NCBI GenBank assembly: GCA_002633005.1
Contig: NMRA01000139.1
Location: 372,001-436,000, forward strand
Origin: Phoronis australis
Taxonomy: Eukaryota > Animalia > Phoronida
Length of the DNA stretch: 64,000 nucleotides
Reading direction: 5' to 3'
Every line of letters starts with the position of its first letter. Position 1 is the first letter of the stretch. Shown here one piece after another: positions 1 to 12,656 of the stretch. The position numbers and the translations under genes were made by a program. Below the pieces are notes generated by a model. It saw only the letters and a program-made list of their open reading frames with translations. It searched no databases and was not told the DNA's origin.

Positions 1-1049
1 CACTGACGTTCCCCCTCTCCTTTGTAGTTTTGAACACGTTGGTACAAGAAGGCTTTTCGCGCCCTTTGTCTTCATACCTGATGAAGAGTTACTCTTAGTA
101 GGCTCGAAAATGTCTTTAATAAATAATTTTACCGGCGTTTTCAAATTCTTTAAAAAGTCTTCTACGGAAATTTAAACGGCTATAAACTCGGGTTCTGTCC
201 ACGGAGATAACTTTTGATTTTGACCATTTAGAGCCACAGGTAGAAAATTAGTCTTACATAGACAAGAAATGACTTCTGAGCTTGCAAAAACTGTCAGTTG
301 GTTATTCCTTGAGACCAAGTCGGCGCGTAAAATAACACCACGCGACAAGTTACTCAGCCTGGATCATGTTTCATGAAATGTGACTTAAAATTTGAGCCTG
401 AAATTTGGTCTTCCACTTCACAATTACTAAACAAAGATTTAGTCATACAGTTACTAGCACATCTTAACCTAGAAACAGTTGATGCAAAATATTTTAGTAA
501 ATAGCAGCTATGGCTACAAATTATTCTCATAGACTTAACTTTTCATGAAGAGAGATTTATTTAATTTTTCAGAAATAGATGTGTGGAGTGAAAAAACAAA
601 TTTCCGACTTAAGCTTCAAATCTGCTTCGACCATGTCACAAGTTATTCTGTAATTCCTCATATAACGCCAATAGTGTTCACGTAGAATCTTTATCGTTAG
701 GGGGCGTCCATTCTTATGAAAACCGAGTAGGCCTATGGGTCTAATTATTATAGATTTTCTGAAACATACATAGGCTGGTGAGGGAGTGACCTGACGGCCA
801 GCCTACACTGGGAACAATTGTTTTGGAAGTACTGTCGACAAGTCGTTGGCTAGGGAGAATTCGCCCTGCGTTTTGAACGCTTTTGAAATGTAGTGAAAAA
901 TGTGGAAGACCCTGTTGTAAAGAGGTCACAAGCTCAGTTTATTGACCATGTCTGCAGATTTTTTTACTGCAGCTGAGGACTGCCTATCCCTTTGGTAATT
1001 ACTCACTGAGTAGAGTAATGGATTGAAGTTGGAATAAGTACGTACTTAC

Positions 1050-1095
1050 TTTCCTGAAGCGGATTCCTATGCAGTATGGGGCCCTTACATATCAG
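1050..1095 (-). other. 46-nt exon of a minus-strand gene that continues off the left edge; upstream intron 1096-1188, upstream exon ending at 1189
   Basis: Intron 1096-1188 has donor ACA|gtaagt, branch-like cactgac and acceptor cttttctcttgtgccacctccag|. The exon ends in GGAAA|gtaagt. A CpG-rich region lies upstream (1280-1600). Coding status unknown. Confidence 0.5.
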
Positions 1096-1831
1096 CTGGA
1101 GGTGGCACAAGAGAAAAGTCATGGACATGTCAGTGGTTGCATGTTGGTGAAATTATAAAAATGTTTTAGTTAGATATTTACGACTTACTGTGACCGTTCA
1201 TAATAGAATAGCCATCAACATTTGTATTCTACGGTTGGGATGGTAACATGCATTAAAGGGGAATATAAAAACGACTACGTAATTATTGTACAATCTGAGT
1301 ACGCAGCTCGGCGGGCAGTGTTGCATTCGAGAGATATTGCCCGTTTCCGTACACCCGTCTCTAGCAGCCCGCTTCATTTAGATGTCAGGAAGGATTCGGA
1401 CATCAGCTGAAGAACGACTGTGATGTTACAGAGCCTTCAGAACCCTATGCTGAAAAACTCGACCAGGCATGTTTGTGGACTAGTACACGTATTTCGCACC
1501 CGTTCACTGTAACTGCGAGGCTGTGTGAAGCAGTAACTGTACCTGCTAGAGCGTTAGCAGTGCGTACTGGACACTCTTTCAGAGCGTAACTGCGCACAAT
1601 TTTTTTTTGGTTTAAGCAAGTAACTGCGTAAGGAACGGGTGTATTTCGACATTGTCTTCAAATGCAGAGATCTCGCAAGTGGCAGGTGCACCATCAACTC
1701 TATTAACGTAACGCAGCCGCACAATGTACATGAATGCAGCGCTTAGCTTTTATGTACATAACTCCGTGAGAGTTATCTATTTTGAAGACATAGGTTTCAT
1801 ATGCAAAGAGCGTTCACGCGTAGGTTAGCTC

Positions 1832-2045
1832 CATGCGCGCACCCAGCCTAAAAATGGGGGCTCGAATTTTTGAGAATGTGGACCTTTTACTCACGGTTTA
1901 CGTTCAGAGCTTTGAATTGTGCATTCGCCGAATTTTGGTAATTCTTGCTTTTTAGTGGACTTTTGTCTCGTTTTCTACTTTTTTGGGGTTTTTGTTTCTC
2001 TGGGGCGAACCTTTTTGCCCACTTCGCCAAACGGGTGCACGCATG
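1832..2045. mobile_element. Possible small MITE
   Basis: 13-bp terminal inverted repeat catgcg(c/t)gcaccc (12/13 match); no clear TSD. Confidence 0.3.
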
Positions 2046-3364
2046 AGGTCTAAGAATGGTCGGTCACTGATGAATACATCAACGAGATTCTCAAAGTGGT
2101 GATGACGTCTCTTTGGCTACAAAGTTATTTTCAATGATATTTCGGTCACAATTTAATGCAACCTCTTTTGAAATATTTCTTAAATAAAATCGCTCGTTTG
2201 CAAATAAGTAAGCACATTTGCCGATTTGCACATACCTACACGATCAGTACGTTCCTCTGTACATACGGATCCGTAATCAACTAATCCACTGAGGGAAGTT
2301 TTGTATATATTCATAGCATTATCGGACATTTACTTTCTGAGCTGCAAGTTACAAAGACTTCGTTTAAAGTTACTTGACCCGAGTGTAGAAAGTAACACGG
2401 CCAAAATTAAAATTAAACCGATTTTGTATTTCATAAATCGATACGAATTATGGCCCTTGTTGCAGGCATGTCCTTGCATTCTCTCACAATTATTGAGAAA
2501 AAAATAACCTGACACCCCAAAAATCTGATCTGATTTTGCAAGGACTATCTGCTTTAGGTATTTTCATATCTGGCACAAAGATAATGATTCATTTCGATGT
2601 GTAGCATACAAAAAGCTCGGTTTAATATGAATTTTAGCCGCCTAATTAGTCAAACTCAAGTCCACCAACGTTAAGTTAGGAATTCCTCAGCGTTTAAACT
2701 TTCATGTACTCATTTCACTATTTTCACTACCCCCGAGACCTACGCATTACACCACGAGACCACTTAGAGAACACTTAGCCACTGTCAGTTGTGATTTTGA
2801 AAGGATGCCAACCCCGGTTTTGGCCCATTAAAAGATACCAAACACGACTTTGATATCCAGTTCTCTGAAACAAAATAATGCTCTGTAACCCTCGACAGCC
2901 CTCAAAAGCTGGAAGGAAAATTTGAAAACTTCTTTCAAAGTCTGCTAAACAAGCAAGCGTGACCTACTCTTTTAGCGAATTACACGGCAACTGTGGGAAA
3001 AGACCACCCACCAAGGATCACAATGTCTAATCAGTGGCACATGGAGTATGAGTTTTCAGTTGATTCCTGTCTTAAACTTGGAAGATTGATGCCAGTGATG
3101 CATTTGCAGGTGTCAGGACGAGGATTGGTTGAAATCATCATAGGAAGATTTAGTATTCTCTTAAAGTTCTATGTGACAGGACCTAAAAACTTCCCGCTAC
3201 TCGCTTCAGCATCTATGGCAAACTTAAGTTAAAATCGTGTTCTCCACTATAGAATAAAAATGCTCCAGCGAAACGCTAAGGTTTTAGCCAGAGCTTGAGA
3301 ACAGGGTAACGTCTAAACTTATGAGTCTAAACGTCAGTAAACGATTGATGTCGTTCTGGTGAAT

Positions 3365-3794
3365 TTATTGCCACGTGATCGGATTCCTCCGCGCTGGTGG
3401 AGGTGCACTCCTACATCTTCGTGGTGGATACGTTGCATATTTGTTACTGCTATCATTAAGGCTGAGTTTTTGGACGCTAAAGTTCTCCGATACCCATTCA
3501 GGGTGAACTGTAAAGTATCCTTTCCTCGGTGAACTATTGGCACTAAAGAACCCTCCTTTATAACGGTAATTGCTTTCTGATTTCGACTGCTTGGAGGTTC
3601 GAACAAAATGGCTGTCGGTAGCTCCTTTACGCGGTTGCTGTTGTTTTGAACCACTGTCAATTGATTTTGAGCTAGGAGACGTTGATGCCGATTCAAACAT
3701 AGACGGTCTCGGCGTGAACAATTTGTTATGTAGTTTGTCGTCCATTGATTTAGACATCTGCGATCTTGCTGGAATTGCCGATTGGGGTCGCTGT
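3365..3794 (-). CDS. Terminal coding exon (RQRPQSAIP...GYFTVHPEWVSE...RCRSAPPPARRNPITWQ*)
   Basis: Strong acceptor tttttctctttgcag|A at 3795/3794, in phase with the donor at 6974. TAA stop overlaps an AATAAA (3364-3369 on the minus strand). Ser/Lys/Arg-rich protein-like composition. Confidence 0.8.
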
Positions 3795-6700
3795 CTGCAA
3801 AGAGAAAAATGCAATACATCAGATTAGTCAAATTAATTAAAACATTTTGCCATGGAGCAAAATCTAAATCTCTTTGGCAAGTGACATCTGGCAATAACCT
3901 GGACGTTTTGATAACTGATATGTTTTGATATTGAATGAAACTTGGGGGTCGTGTAGGGAGGGGAAACTACGCCAAAATTCGCCTTCGTGGAAACGGTTTT
4001 AGAGGGGTAAAACGTATATCCATTCGGACCAAAATGTCGATTTTACTCGCTTATTGATATGATATATTTTATAACACCAGTGTTCATTTGTGTGTCTAAT
4101 ATACTGTAGGTACGCCCTTGCCTGATCCTCAAGTGATGGGCAACCGAAGCGATCACGAGTAAAGTAGAACTAGTGTGCCTGTACATACCCACTGAATGTC
4201 GTATCTAATCACAACAGATGTTTCTCAGCAATGGATATTATAACCTTTAGGCAAGGCGTTTAATACTCAGGCTAATGTGTTTCCCTTTAAAACGGCATTT
4301 CATTCTTACTGACTGACATTGTATAACCCAGGTCCTGATCCACACAAATATGTCCCAGGCCTTCAATTTCTGCACTATGGCGAACATTACTCTTTCTCCA
4401 AACAGATCAAAATTGGAATGGGGAAGAAAAACTGACGATCGAATATTCATCACTGGGTTTTCTAACCCTTCCAAAAACTAGACTACCTCCTCTCAGTCGA
4501 ACTGCGATCTCACAATTTCGTTCGGTATTAGAAACCAACACCTCTTAGTTTATTTAACCAACAACTGGGCTAGACGATGTGTATTGAACGTGGTTTGGCA
4601 TTGATGCGGTTGTAAACAGTATGTGCCAGTCAAACAAGCAAAAATTTCGAAGAAGAAGAATAAAGGTATGAAACTATGGTTTCCTTTTCAAAATTGAAAA
4701 ATAACTGTTAACCGTCTTCGAATTTTCTAAATTGGTGCACTTTAAGTGAACTTATTGAGAAGAGTTTATTTGCAACAGCGGTGACGTCATTCCACATACG
4801 AGTTTTGGTGCCTGCGGCACTGACAAAATAACTACAGTTTGTATTTCACGCTGTTTCCACTGTGGTGACTGTGATAGCTTAGTTTTTACAGTAAGTAGAC
4901 ATTCCCACTGGCTCCGAAGCTTCGGTCTATGGTAACTGTCATGAATTCTCATGAAGTTCATTAAGTGCAAGTTTAATCATTTCCTATGACGTACAACTGT
5001 CCCAGTATAATAATTTATGTTAAATAACTACTCCGGACATCCTTGTGTTTTGCTTACTATGTCACTGACTAGTACCTAAACAGCTAACTTCGGTCTTGAA
5101 TCGAAGTTAACAACGCGAGCTTACTCCAGAGTAAAGAGATGTATTTAGAAGCGAAGCGTCGACGCTTATCCTCAATGGGAACACTTAATTTCGATACCCT
5201 CGGCCACCGAAGTTAACGGCCTGGTTTACTGCGATTGCCAACAGCGTGCTGTGACTGGTTAATAATTGTTAATATTTTGTTCTAATATTTATTATTTTGG
5301 TAGTATAAGTATTCATGTTTCAATTTATCTGTGTAGATGCTGGATTCTTTGCATTACCAAAAAATCACTGAATGTACACAAAACGAGTTCCCACCATACG
5401 ACATACTGCTTTTGATCAAATCAGCTGATACTCAAGCACGACTTTGTGATAACTCAACTGAATCTTTTTCTGAATAACTCCAAAGCTGCTAGGAACGGTA
5501 ATTCTTAACTTCACAGATAACGACTGTTAACATCAACGCTTCGTTAACTGTATAGTAAAGGCTCTAAAGATTGCAATTGAACGAAACCACAAAACCGATT
5601 CCCACTGAGTTGACTTAAACAAATCTTTGGTATAGCGTGTGTCAACAGAAACAAATCATGCACATTTGTACGAATTCTTAGGAGAATTACCGTAACTGTC
5701 GTTAAAGATGCTCTAAGACGAGATCAGTAACTTTTTGTCTGACGATCATCTCCAATGATAAACAGCCAAGTTCGAGAGTCTCGACTGCGGTTGTACACAG
5801 ATCAATATATTTTACATAATGACCTTCGTTACAGCACCACGGAAGACACCTGATTTGGATCAATAACGTCTACTACAATTTCTTGAATTTCTACCCAAAG
5901 ATTATATCGGTCATAAGTAAAGAGATCGGTATGGAAAGGTTTTGTAGCTTTATTGTGGTAGGGTATCTCAATTGCCTTCAGCACAACTGGGTAGGCTTTG
6001 ACTGGATCGCGAAAATCTGGGGCACCTTGTTAATGCGGCACTAAATTGTGCGCGTGATCCTCATGAATCAGTTTAGATATAATCATCATTGTGTTCACAT
6101 TGAAATGAAAGCATAAAACGTGTCATAATTTGTTTCGACGACTATCTCGTTAGAAGTAGCAGAATCTTTCGTATAAACGGTGTTGAGAAAATTTTGTAAG
6201 TTCAAATGTAATATCAGCAAAAGTTTCAATGTTGATAACATGTTTGATTGTCATAGTCAAGCTTCCGCGTTAAACCCTCCTAGTTGGCTTCGTCAAGAAC
6301 GCAAAAACAACTCGTCGGTTGTGCCACAGACGGTTCGATGAACCTCGATCGAATCAGGTCTAAAAATATCCTGTCTGGATTTGACGTTTTTTGGGAAACG
6401 AAAATCTAATATGGTCAATTCCCAGTTGTGTGGAATTCTTTGGTTACATTTGCATACGAGTTACTACGCATTCGCTTGTGAATCTGTTGGTCCTAACTGA
6501 TACTGTGAAAAGAACTTGAGTGGGCAGCACAAAACGTCTGTGATGGCAGTTATAGTTCTTAAATCAAGATTCCATGGTATAGATGCCGAATAATAGTATG
6601 TAAATCAACATCCAAAACGATATAAAGTATTACTTACAACAACGATTTTTAGAAAGGTATTTTGATGTCGCAAGCGCACGCTCAGAAATGACGAGAAATT

Positions 6701-6974
6701 CACGTTTGTGCACGTGGTTGCTCTTGCAAATAATGGTGGTTATTTCCTGAATAAACACAACATAGAGCGTGCACCACAGTGACTGCAGCAACGTTCTTGG
6801 CGATTAGTAAACTCTAGAAAGCGGTTGAATCATGACGAGGCGAAAATCGAATTTTAAATGGAGCGACGTACTGAAGGAAAGAGTGCAAGAAACTGTTTGA
6901 TCTAAGCGCAAAGGCAGTTTCAGGATGAAAAAAAAAGAATTTCCCGGCCTCTCTAGTCATAGAGTTTCACCTAC

Positions 6975-7305
6975 CTCAAGGTACCAATGGACAAGTCGTT
7001 CACTTGTCCTACCTTTTCGATGATGTCTCCTGGAAGAACAGTGGCTTCCGGTAACTTGGGCGTGATCACTTTAACGCCCTTGTTGGGCAGTATTGCCAAC
7101 GGTGGCGCTGACTTCACGCGCAGTCTTCGATCTCTCACGCGCGGCGTCAGCGGACGATTTGGGAACGCGTTGCGTTTTCTCTCCTGCAAATCTCTGAGCG
7201 CTTTTTCAAGCAATAACGCTCTGGCAGACGCTTGCTCCTGTCGCTTATATTTCGTATAGGTGTCCAACGCTTTTCCAAGCATGTAATGGTACTCGCCGTC
7301 TATAT
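6975..7305 (-). CDS. Internal coding exon (IDGEYHYMLGKALDTYTKYKRQEQ...LSIGTLR), basic and partly helical, with an RVKSAPP motif
   Basis: Protein-like ORF 6971-7321. Acceptor cattttag|AT (phase 1) and donor TTGAG|gtaggt (phase 2). The donor phase fits the next exon (AG+A = Arg). Confidence 0.75.
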
Positions 7306-10304
7306 CTAAAATGATGCGCAATGAGCTTAGTTTTGATAACGAAAAAACCTACCTCCTTTTCTTGGGTAGATTATCAACTGTCATTGCATACCTCTGGTCA
7401 GCCATATTCGCTGACCAGTGACTCAGAGATGGACGACCAAATAATAGTTTGTTGTCGTCTCAATTGATTAGTAGGGCTGAACCATTTCAACCGTGATCGA
7501 CGCCGCCAGTCTCATACGTGAATGAGGAATAAGATATTCATGCTCTATTCGAGTTACAAGGCTCGTAAATCATAATTTTCATTTTATATCCTAAAGCGTC
7601 TGCATGTTGACTAATCAATAACGTGGATTATTGCGCGTAGTTTACTCAATTTGGGGACAAAAGAAGCGAAACTGCATTAGAATCACGAGTTTTAAAACTG
7701 AGGATTGCTTCAATTTGGGAAATAGCATTCTTTCGCTTTTACGCCTTTATCGCTTGGAATGAGACAAAAATATGCAAGGAATCTGCAAAACGCAAGTACA
7801 ATTATTTATCTGAAGATTTTTAAGGACCGACATTATAAAAACGTAAAATCATCGCTTACTTGGATTGCTCGAGCTGGAAACCACACCTCACGATGGAGGA
7901 ACGACAAAAAAATAAACATATGCTAATGTTATCAGTCCTCGATTCTGCGGCTTTTTGCCGCATCTCTCCCGACGTTGAAATGGTTCGGTCCTGAAGTATT
8001 GATCGAAATATTTACACAGTTGTGCGCTTGTCTGCACCACAGATAGACACAGAAGGCAACTGAATGTGTTAATCTTTTACCGTGCTGACATAATGCTGCT
8101 ATCAATGAAACTGTTGTTTTTGTCTTGATAAACTTGGAAGCTTAGAATCAAAGGATCATCGAAAACAAACGTAGCAAGAAGGCCCTGCCATTTATAACGT
8201 ATGCCCTGTATTAAGAACGCACGCATTCTGGTGTCGTGGAGGGAATCGCACCACTTCAGCAGTCGAGCAATGATTTGTTGATTTCATCAAAGTTAACGTT
8301 TTTGATGTTTAAACTTAACTTCAACTTCGCTGTCGAAACAAAAAACCAACGCGTTTAAATTTAATGTAAAGAGAGAGTGCAATCTACAATCATTTGTGAC
8401 AGAAAACGTTTTAACGTTTTACAATAAAAATGTGCAGTGAGCGCCTTTAATTCTTCCCAAAACAAACTTCTGATTTAGGTCACTTACCGTTGTAAAATTG
8501 ATGTCTTCTGCTTACTTATACAGACTATAAATGAATTCTTAGATTGAGAAGAACTATTGCTTAAGGTACTTATCAAGAGTTTGGCGTGTCACGGAGGGTT
8601 CTTTTATGCACCGAGCTTGGTATAAAGCAATAATGAAAACTGTCACTTTCCAATTCGAAAAATCACTTCACACCTGATTCAGGAACAAGTTGATGCTAAT
8701 CTCATAGGGATAATGGTCTAAATCCAAAGTAATTTTCTTAGATGTAACGTAGGTTTGTACAGCATCTTTTCAAAGCTGAATTTTTTAGCCCTCGTGGATT
8801 GTAATTATATTTTATTCGGTGTTCCTTCAACTTACCGTATTTGTTAACCGTTGCAACGCTGCACTCTATGACTCGCCCCGGCGGAAGCTAAAACGACGGA
8901 ACATCGTACAGAATTATTGTGTGAACAAGAGGAGGAAATCACATAGAAAGACCCTACAAAATGTTGCCATAGTTATGCAACTGCCGCGGCCAGTATATGA
9001 AACTGTACACGCGTCAACATGTGCGGAAGTAGTAAGCAAAACTGAAGGGAAGTGTTTTGAAATGGCACACGAGAGGATTGACTTATCCGTTAAAAATGAT
9101 AGATGTTGGCACGTTCCCAGTTTTAAGATAAATTAATTAAAAATGTCAATTAAGGACAAAAGAATACGAAATCGATGACACGTGCTCATGGAAGGCCCAG
9201 CTGCGTCTATATGTGACGCTTAGGTACATACATGCGCCAAGACCCAAAATCACACAACTTTCCACAGAGGCCTGGAATGCGATAAACAGACTGTATTGCA
9301 ATTCTGAAAGTGGTTCTCTGCACTGTAACTGAATTCAACCTGCTCACCAGGTATTTGTAGAGTTTATTCGTAAAGATTTATTATGTCTATTGATATCAAA
9401 ACATTTTCTTTTAATTTCAAATTTAAAAAAGGATCTATTAGCTGCTCGCTACTTCGTCGATTTTTCTCAAACAAAGCAAAGCACGTCTCCTTATTTCGTC
9501 TGGCAAGACATAGACTTGACACATTTCCCTTATATGGAAAATGTGAAATTTGACTTCAAGCAACTGACTGTGTGGACATGCGCGCATTTAACATACGAGG
9601 GAGGAAGATGAGAAACTCTGTGGTAACCACTGTGTAACAGATTTTTCCTTCGCGCGTATTTCAAAAATCGTGAATTTTGTGATATTTTCTGGAAATTCCC
9701 TCACAGGGGAAGGCGAATACTCTGTACAAGACGTTGCGAGATGGTGCTTTCGTCAGAAATTGTTTAAAAGATATTTTTGACGAACTTTCGCATTCCACGC
9801 CTCTTTAAAAACACAGTATTTCCAATATTGGAGAAGGCCTATCTGTACGGGCCTCATTGCGCGCGCGCTGAAAGGTGGCAGCCAAAATGTACAAATCGAC
9901 GTATAAGCGCCTTTTATAGGGTGTGTACATAGTGTGTTGTATATTCGAGAAAGTCGGTTTTGAAAAATAATCGATGTTGCTCCAGTGTTTTGCATATAAG
10001 ATCACATGCGTTCACGTAGACTAATAGGCTTAGAAACGTGTCTCTTCAGCTGAGCGCATGTCTTAAACTAGCCATGTTGTGGTTTTGCCCGTTTTAACCG
10101 CTTTTCCAAATCATTATCCACTCTTGTCAACGTTAATTGTTAACGCATAACTGTAACATAAATATCAGTAAATTTGCAACCTGACACAATAACATGGTTA
10201 ATGCCATTTTATACAAAAATAGAGAGAAGTAAATGAAGTTTAAGGAACAGACGATTTGCTCGAGAAAGATGACAAGTCATTTCAGCTCGTTTGAATTACC
10301 TTAC

Positions 10305-11370
10305 GTGGCGTAATGGGCTCTCTGTTCATTTGTTTCCTCTCCATTACTGTATGGGTTTTTGGCGCATTAGTGAAATCTTCATTTCCACTTTGTCTTTCCT
10401 CTGTAGGCGTCGTTCCTTCCAGAATTTCCTCAACGACCTCTTCCACAACCGATTCATCGGGAATAGATTGTCTTTCACAATGAGTTGACTGTATATCGTC
10501 ACTCGGCATTTCCGATGTAGTCGCGTCTTCCTTAGCAACAAGTTCATCCACGGTTTCCGTATTTCTGTCGTCTGCTTCAATCTCAGTCATATTATTCTCA
10601 GTTGATTGGTTGTGAGTTCTCTTCTCTGTTCCATTCATTGTACTTTTAGCTGTGGTATGCGCATTTTTGATACACTTCTTTGAAAGTGTTTGTCCCTTGA
10701 CGCCCGACATTGAATCATTTGATAAAGATTCCTTCCTATGCATTCGTCTTTGCATATCAGGGTTCGAATTAGGCCTTTTAACCTGAGAATTAACAATCTG
10801 TAAAGGTTGATTTTTAATTTGTGATCTTTTTTGAAAAGATTTTGTTGTTTCATTTGGTTTATTGATGTCTAAAGTCAGTTTAACTGGGGTTGCTCCATTC
10901 ACATAGGACTGCATTATGGACTCGAATTTCACTCTGGACGCCTTTTCAAGCTGTGCATCTCTCGCGCTAAGTGACATGTTATTCTTCTGGCTATCACCAT
11001 CGTCTATGTTACCTTCCGCTGAGTTTCTCATCTCATCTACGTCGTTCGAAGCATCATCACTGGCAGCTTTTTCAGCATAGCTGCACCATGAACTTTCACA
11101 AGGAGAACTGCCAGTGTTTTCCCGCTGTTTTTCCAATTGGTTAAAGTTTGAGTCGTCTGCCGTTTTCCTTTTTGTATCCTCTCGTCCTGCCGTGTCGATT
11201 GAAGGCTTCTCACTTGTTTCTCTCGTTATTATATCAGTTTCTTCCTCAGGTAGAACCGAGTGATTGCTATCATCAAGCGGATTATCCTGACCCAGTGCTT
11301 CTGTGAGATCGACGTAGAGCTTCTTTCTGGGCTGCTCCGTTAGGCTGTTTGGCCTTGGCAAAGAAGTCAT
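10305..11370 (-). CDS. First coding exon of an uncharacterized low-complexity (S/T/E/D/K/N-rich), probably disordered protein; proposed join 10305-11370, 6975-7305, 3365-3794 (~608 aa)
   Basis: Longest ORF in the window (362 codons, ATG at 11370). Upstream acceptor aaattgtaatttcag| puts the exon start at 11484. Two candidate donors near its end: CAC|gtaagg (exon end 10305, phase 1) and AAG|gtaatt (exon end 10300, phase 0). The phase-1 donor matches the acceptor at 7305, and the joined length of 1827 nt is divisible by 3. Confidence 0.7.
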
Positions 11371-12594
11371 TTTAACGTCCTTCGTCTTTTGTGCTCACCT
11401 ATTCATTCCACTTGTTTTGAGTGCTTATTTTTAGTTGATTCATCCTTCAATAGTTCACTTCAGCATGGTCTAGATGTCAGACTTCTGAAATTACAATTTA
11501 ACAATGGCGCGTATAAAGAATTTATGCATCGTTGTCTGTGTCGAATTCGAAATCAGCACAAATAAATAAATTAGTGGCTATGATAATGGCTTGTGATATT
11601 TGAATATGTGTATCTTATCGAGTTGATGTCTCTAGAGACGCCTAATTAATCAGGACGGGTCACCGCTTAAAAGAATATGAGCAAGTAATGTACATTTCGA
11701 CATACCAAAGCAACGGGAAGAGACTGGGCGAGTTATATATGCTTTGGCATTAGTCACTCAGTTGCCCTTTGCAGGAAATCTACAAATGATTTCCAATCCA
11801 CTAAAGCTCCCCGGGAAGTCTAAACTTTCTGGATCACACCAGATTCTTGGAAAGAATTCGGAGTTACGCAGTTTTTTTAGAAACGTCCGGTGATTGAGAG
11901 TCTAGTTCTCAGCACTGTAAGCCTACTAAATATAATCTGAAATTTAATCTGAGAAAATAAGTGCAGCTTGCGATGGTAATACTCTTTACATGCAGCTCTC
12001 CCAGATTGAAGTATTATGTAACATACATTTGGACATATCGCACGAAATGAACAAAACAAAAAGCTATTATCGTTAAATACGTTTTCCTTGGCACATTACC
12101 CATTTTCAGTCATACAAGTTGACTTATAACATGCATCGTTACAGCTGCAAAAGAATGAGAGGCGAGGATGCGGTGGACTGATTTGAACGGGCCAAGTTAT
12201 TGGGTGGTAAAGTGACCGTTACCACCGTGTCCCCGCGCGCGTGAGTTAGGCAGTTACCCGTTTGTAACTTTATACGTATACATAAAACTACTCCAAAATG
12301 TCAATTACCCGAAGAAAAAACTTGTTTTGAGTAACCTGTTCTGCTACAGACTGTGTATGTGAATTTGAAACAAACTTGTATCTACCGAAAGAATGGGCAA
12401 CACGTAGCTTTTGGTTGGGTAGGTAGGATGCCTGCGGCATTCAGGGTGATGTAATTGCTTACCGAAGGGAGACTTCTACTTATCTACATTTATAAGCGCG
12501 TACGATACACATGAAATTTGACCCACACGAAAGTTAATTGTTACTGCAAATAAAATTTTGTTCGTGGGATTAAACATTTTGTTGTAAACCTCAC

Positions 12595-12640
12595 CTGCAG
12601 CGAGCTCTTTCTTCAACAGAATATCCGTGTAATCAAAATA
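12595..12640 (-). other. Putative non-coding first exon of the minus-strand gene
   Basis: Strong donor CTGCAG|gtgagg at 12595/12594, just downstream of an X-box-like motif. Could splice to the acceptor at 11485/11484. The 5' boundary is approximate. Confidence 0.45.
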
Positions 12641-12643
12641 TTT

Positions 12644-12656
12644 GTTACCATGCAAC
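12644..12656. promoter_or_regulatory. RFX X-box-like motif GTTACCATGCAAC
   Basis: Near-match (one base short) to the X-box consensus GTNRCC-N(0-3)-RGYAAC, about 50 bp upstream of the putative first-exon donor. Confidence 0.4.

Noticed and set aside
3334-3894. 186-aa ORF and the antisense ORFs at 3570, 6987 and 10291
   Set aside because: Alternative-frame or antisense shadows of the real exons; splice phases support the 3365 frame.
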